Shown here: one piece after another, positions 61,101-64,000 of the stretch
Position numbering within the stretch: position 1 is the first letter of the stretch
Layout: each line of letters starts with the position of its first letter
NCBI RefSeq assembly: GCF_000143415.4
Contig: NW_003314277.1
Location: forward strand, 2,282,633 to 2,346,632
Direction of reading: 5' to 3'
Source of the DNA: Selaginella moellendorffii
Lineage: Eukaryota; Plantae; Lycopodiophyta
DNA: 64,000 nucleotides
Made by a program: the position numbers and the translations under genes
Notes under the pieces: model-generated
Database searches by the model: none
Told to the model about the DNA's origin: nothing
Seen by the model: only the letters and a program-made list of their open reading frames with translations

Positions 61101-64000
61101 GAAGAGTGACAAAAAGACAGGAATGGAAGAAGTACCTTTAGTGATCCGACGAGTGTTGGACCAATTCCAGGATACCATGCCAGAGGAGATACCGGCGGGA
61201 TTGCCCCCCGCACGACCGATAGAACATAAGATTGAGCTGGTCGAGGGTGCTGAGGCGATGGTTCGTCCCCCCTATCGTTTGAACGAAAAAGAACTCAAAG
61301 AGCTCAAGTGCCAACTAGAGGAGTTGGTGGAAAAAAGGTATGTTAGGTTGAGCAAGTTGCCATATGGGGCGCCAGTGTGATTTGTGAAAAAGAAAGATGG
61401 ATCTATGTGCATGTGCATAGATTACCAGTTGCTCAACAAATATACAAAGAAGAACAAATACCCTTTGCCAAGGATTAAGGATCTATTCGATAGGTTGGGA
61501 AAGGCAAAATAATTCTCGAGGATTGACCTAAGGTCAGGATACTACCAGATCAGGGTAGCTGAGGAAGATGTCGAGAAGACAACCTGTCGAACGAGGTATG
61601 GGAGCTTTGAGTTTCTGGTGATGCCCTTCGGGCTGTGCAATGCGCCGGCAACGTTTTCGGCGTTGATGAACCACATCTTTGTACCCTATCTGGATCACTT
61701 CGTGGTTGTCTATATCGACGACATCCTGATCTATAGCAAGACACTAGAGGAGCATGCCGAACACTTGGCGAAGGTGTTTGAGAAACTAAGGGAACACAAA
61801 CTGTATGCTAAAGAGAGCAAATGTGACTTTGCTCAACAAGAGGTAAAATTTCTCGGGCATGTGGTGGGCCAGGACGGGCTCAAGGTGGACCCGGAGAAGG
61901 TCCAAGCGATCTAGGAATGGGAGCGACCATCGAATGTACATGAGTTGAGGGCGTTCTTGGGGCTATGCAACTACTACCGAAAGTTTATCAAACACTATTC
62001 GAGAGTAGCCCTGCCCTTCACGGACCAAACCGGAAAAGGGAAGATGGTATGGACAGCGGAATGCGAGGTGGCATTCGTCCACCTCAAAGGGAAGTTGAGG
62101 AAGGCTCCCGTATTGGCATTACCAGACTTTGGTAAGGACTTTGAGGTAGAAACGGATGCTTCGGACTTTGCGTTGGGCGCAGTTTTGAAGCAAGACAACC
62201 ATCCAGTAGCGTTCTTCTCGAAGAAGTTGGACAAGGCTCAATGGAAGTGGCCTGCCCACGAGAAGGAATTGTTTGCGGTGGTCAAGGCGCTCAAGGAGTG
62301 GCAACACTACCTTGGGAGACACTTCAAGGTTTACACGGATAATGTGGCAACGAAACACTTCTTGTCACAGCCCGACCTAAGAGGGAAACAAGGTCGGTGG
62401 GCCAATGCCTTGGCCGAGTTTGATTGCGAAATTCTGTACAAGCCTGGGAAGAGCAACATCGTGGCGGATGCGCTAAGTCGAAAAGCGAGCTTGAGGTTGG
62501 CAATATCCAGCGCAACAGCAACCTTCTGGGACAATGTGCGGACAGCATATGAGAACGATGGTCTAGCACAAGAAGTGTTGCTAAGGAATCTGGAGGCACG
62601 GGAAGCTCACCAGAGAGGTGAGCTGCCAACGGAAGAGAAAACGGGCTATGCGGAATGCAACAGACTCATCTATTACAAGCAAACGAGGGTGTATGTTCTA
62701 GAAGGGGAATTAAGGAAGGTAGCCTTAGAAGAGTGTCATGACGGACCTCTTGCGAGACACGGCGGAGTGCCCAAGACAATGGGCTTACTCAAGAGGAAGT
62801 ACCATTGGCTAGATATGGCTAAGGATGTCCAAGACTATGTAAAGACATGTCCAACATGTCAGCAGGTCAAAGCCGTGACTAAGGCTAGTGAGGGCTTGTT
62901 GCAAAGCATCCCAATTCCAGATCGTCCGTGAAAATGTCTTATGATGGACTTCATCACGGGACTTCCCCCAAGCGAGGGGTTTGATGCGATATTCGTGGTG
63001 GTGGACCGATTTTTGAAAATGGCACATTTCATACCCACCATAACAGAAGTGGATGCGGAAGGTGTGGCGAAGCTGTTCTTCGAACAAGTGGTTCGAGTAC
63101 GGGGAAGGCCGGAAGAGATCATCTCAGATCGAGATAAGATCTTCACTAGTAGGTTCTGGAGGACTCTCTTGGAACAGTATTGCACCAAGTTGAAATTCAG
63201 CACAGCGTATCACCCATAGACAGGTATGGGGTATTAAGTCAAGTTTGGTGGCACTAACACTTCTTGACAGACGGACAAACGGAAAGGGTGAATAGGCAGC
63301 TGGAGGATTATTTGCGATGCTATGTCTCGGGAGACCAGACCGATTGGGTAAGTCATTTGGGACTTGCGGAAATGTGTTATAACAACTCACCACATTCAAG
63401 TATCGGGGTGAGTCCATGGGAAGTCATCAATGGGTGAGCTATTGAAGGTCCTGTGGAACTCGGCGTGGCCGAGTATCACGAGAGTTACCTGCAATGGAGG
63501 CATTCACAGCGGAAAGACTCAACATTTGGAATCTAGTGAGGGATTCCTTGGAACGAGCTCAACAAAGGCAAACTAAGTACGCGAACCAGAAGCGCCGGGA
63601 TGTAGAGTTCCAAGCTGGGGAGAAGGTGTGGTTGAACACCAAGAACCTCAGGCTACCAAGTGGGATCAGCCGGAAGTTGACCCAAAGGTAAAAATGCATG
63701 TATTCCTGTAAATGAATTGATCTTGAGTTCCTTAAGCAGGTTCACGGGGCCTTACGAGATTGAGGCTCGAATCGGTAAAGTGGCTTACCGACTCCGACTT
63801 CCTCGAGAGATGGGGAAGATGCATCCCGTGTTCCACGTGAACTTACTCAAGCTGTATTTTGAGGATCCGCTTCGCAAGGACCAAGTAAGACCTTTACCTG
63901 AGGTTATCCAAAGGGAAGAGGAATACGAAGTCGAGGCCATCCTTAATGCGCGCAAGAGCAAGTGACAAGGACGCGAGGGAGAGAGTTCTATGGAAGTGAA
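58157..64000 (+). mobile_element. Second chromovirus (5' LTR 58157-59290, gag-pol from ~59350, runs off the window); decayed; integrase contains two intron-like insertions
   Basis: LTR TGTAAG..CTTACA; PBS TGGTATCGGAGCC; CYNCGEAGHFLREC, IDTGA, YIDD, ADALSR, IN, GPY and chromodomain start EYEVEAIL. Several premature stops. Confidence 0.93.
58245..58495 (+). repeat. Degenerate 6/12-bp tandem array (CCGAGT/TCGAGA-type) inside the LTR
   Basis: Repeated CGAGTCCGAG-like units, visible as low-complexity ORFs in three frames. Confidence 0.85.

Overview
Eukaryotic plant genomic DNA. The very short (~50-70 nt) GT-AG introns, compact genes and gene content suggest a lycophyte such as Selaginella (inference). 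The left half is gene-rich: the 3' end of a Pumilio/PUF gene, D-cysteine desulfhydrase plus a decayed duplicate, DNA polymerase kappa and LHCA5 (convergent, with stop codons interlocked in one CTAG), a secreted Pro-rich Hedgehog-type Hint/Hog-domain gene, intronless PRP6/STA1 and tRNA-Leu(CAG). Interspersed are Copia, Helentron-like, hAT and small LTR remnants, plus two hairpin-dense blocks. The right half is mostly nested retroelements: an inverted POLK pseudogene duplication, a 5S-rRNA-bearing Cassandra-type TRIM, a full-length chromovirus with TSD, and a second chromovirus whose integrase is interrupted by two canonical spliceosomal-type introns. There are two N gaps (39853-39992, 50105-50204). 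Top findings are the Pro-rich Hog autoprocessing protein, the intron-containing LTR retrotransposon, the Cassandra TRIM and the POLK/LHCA5 stop-codon overlap.
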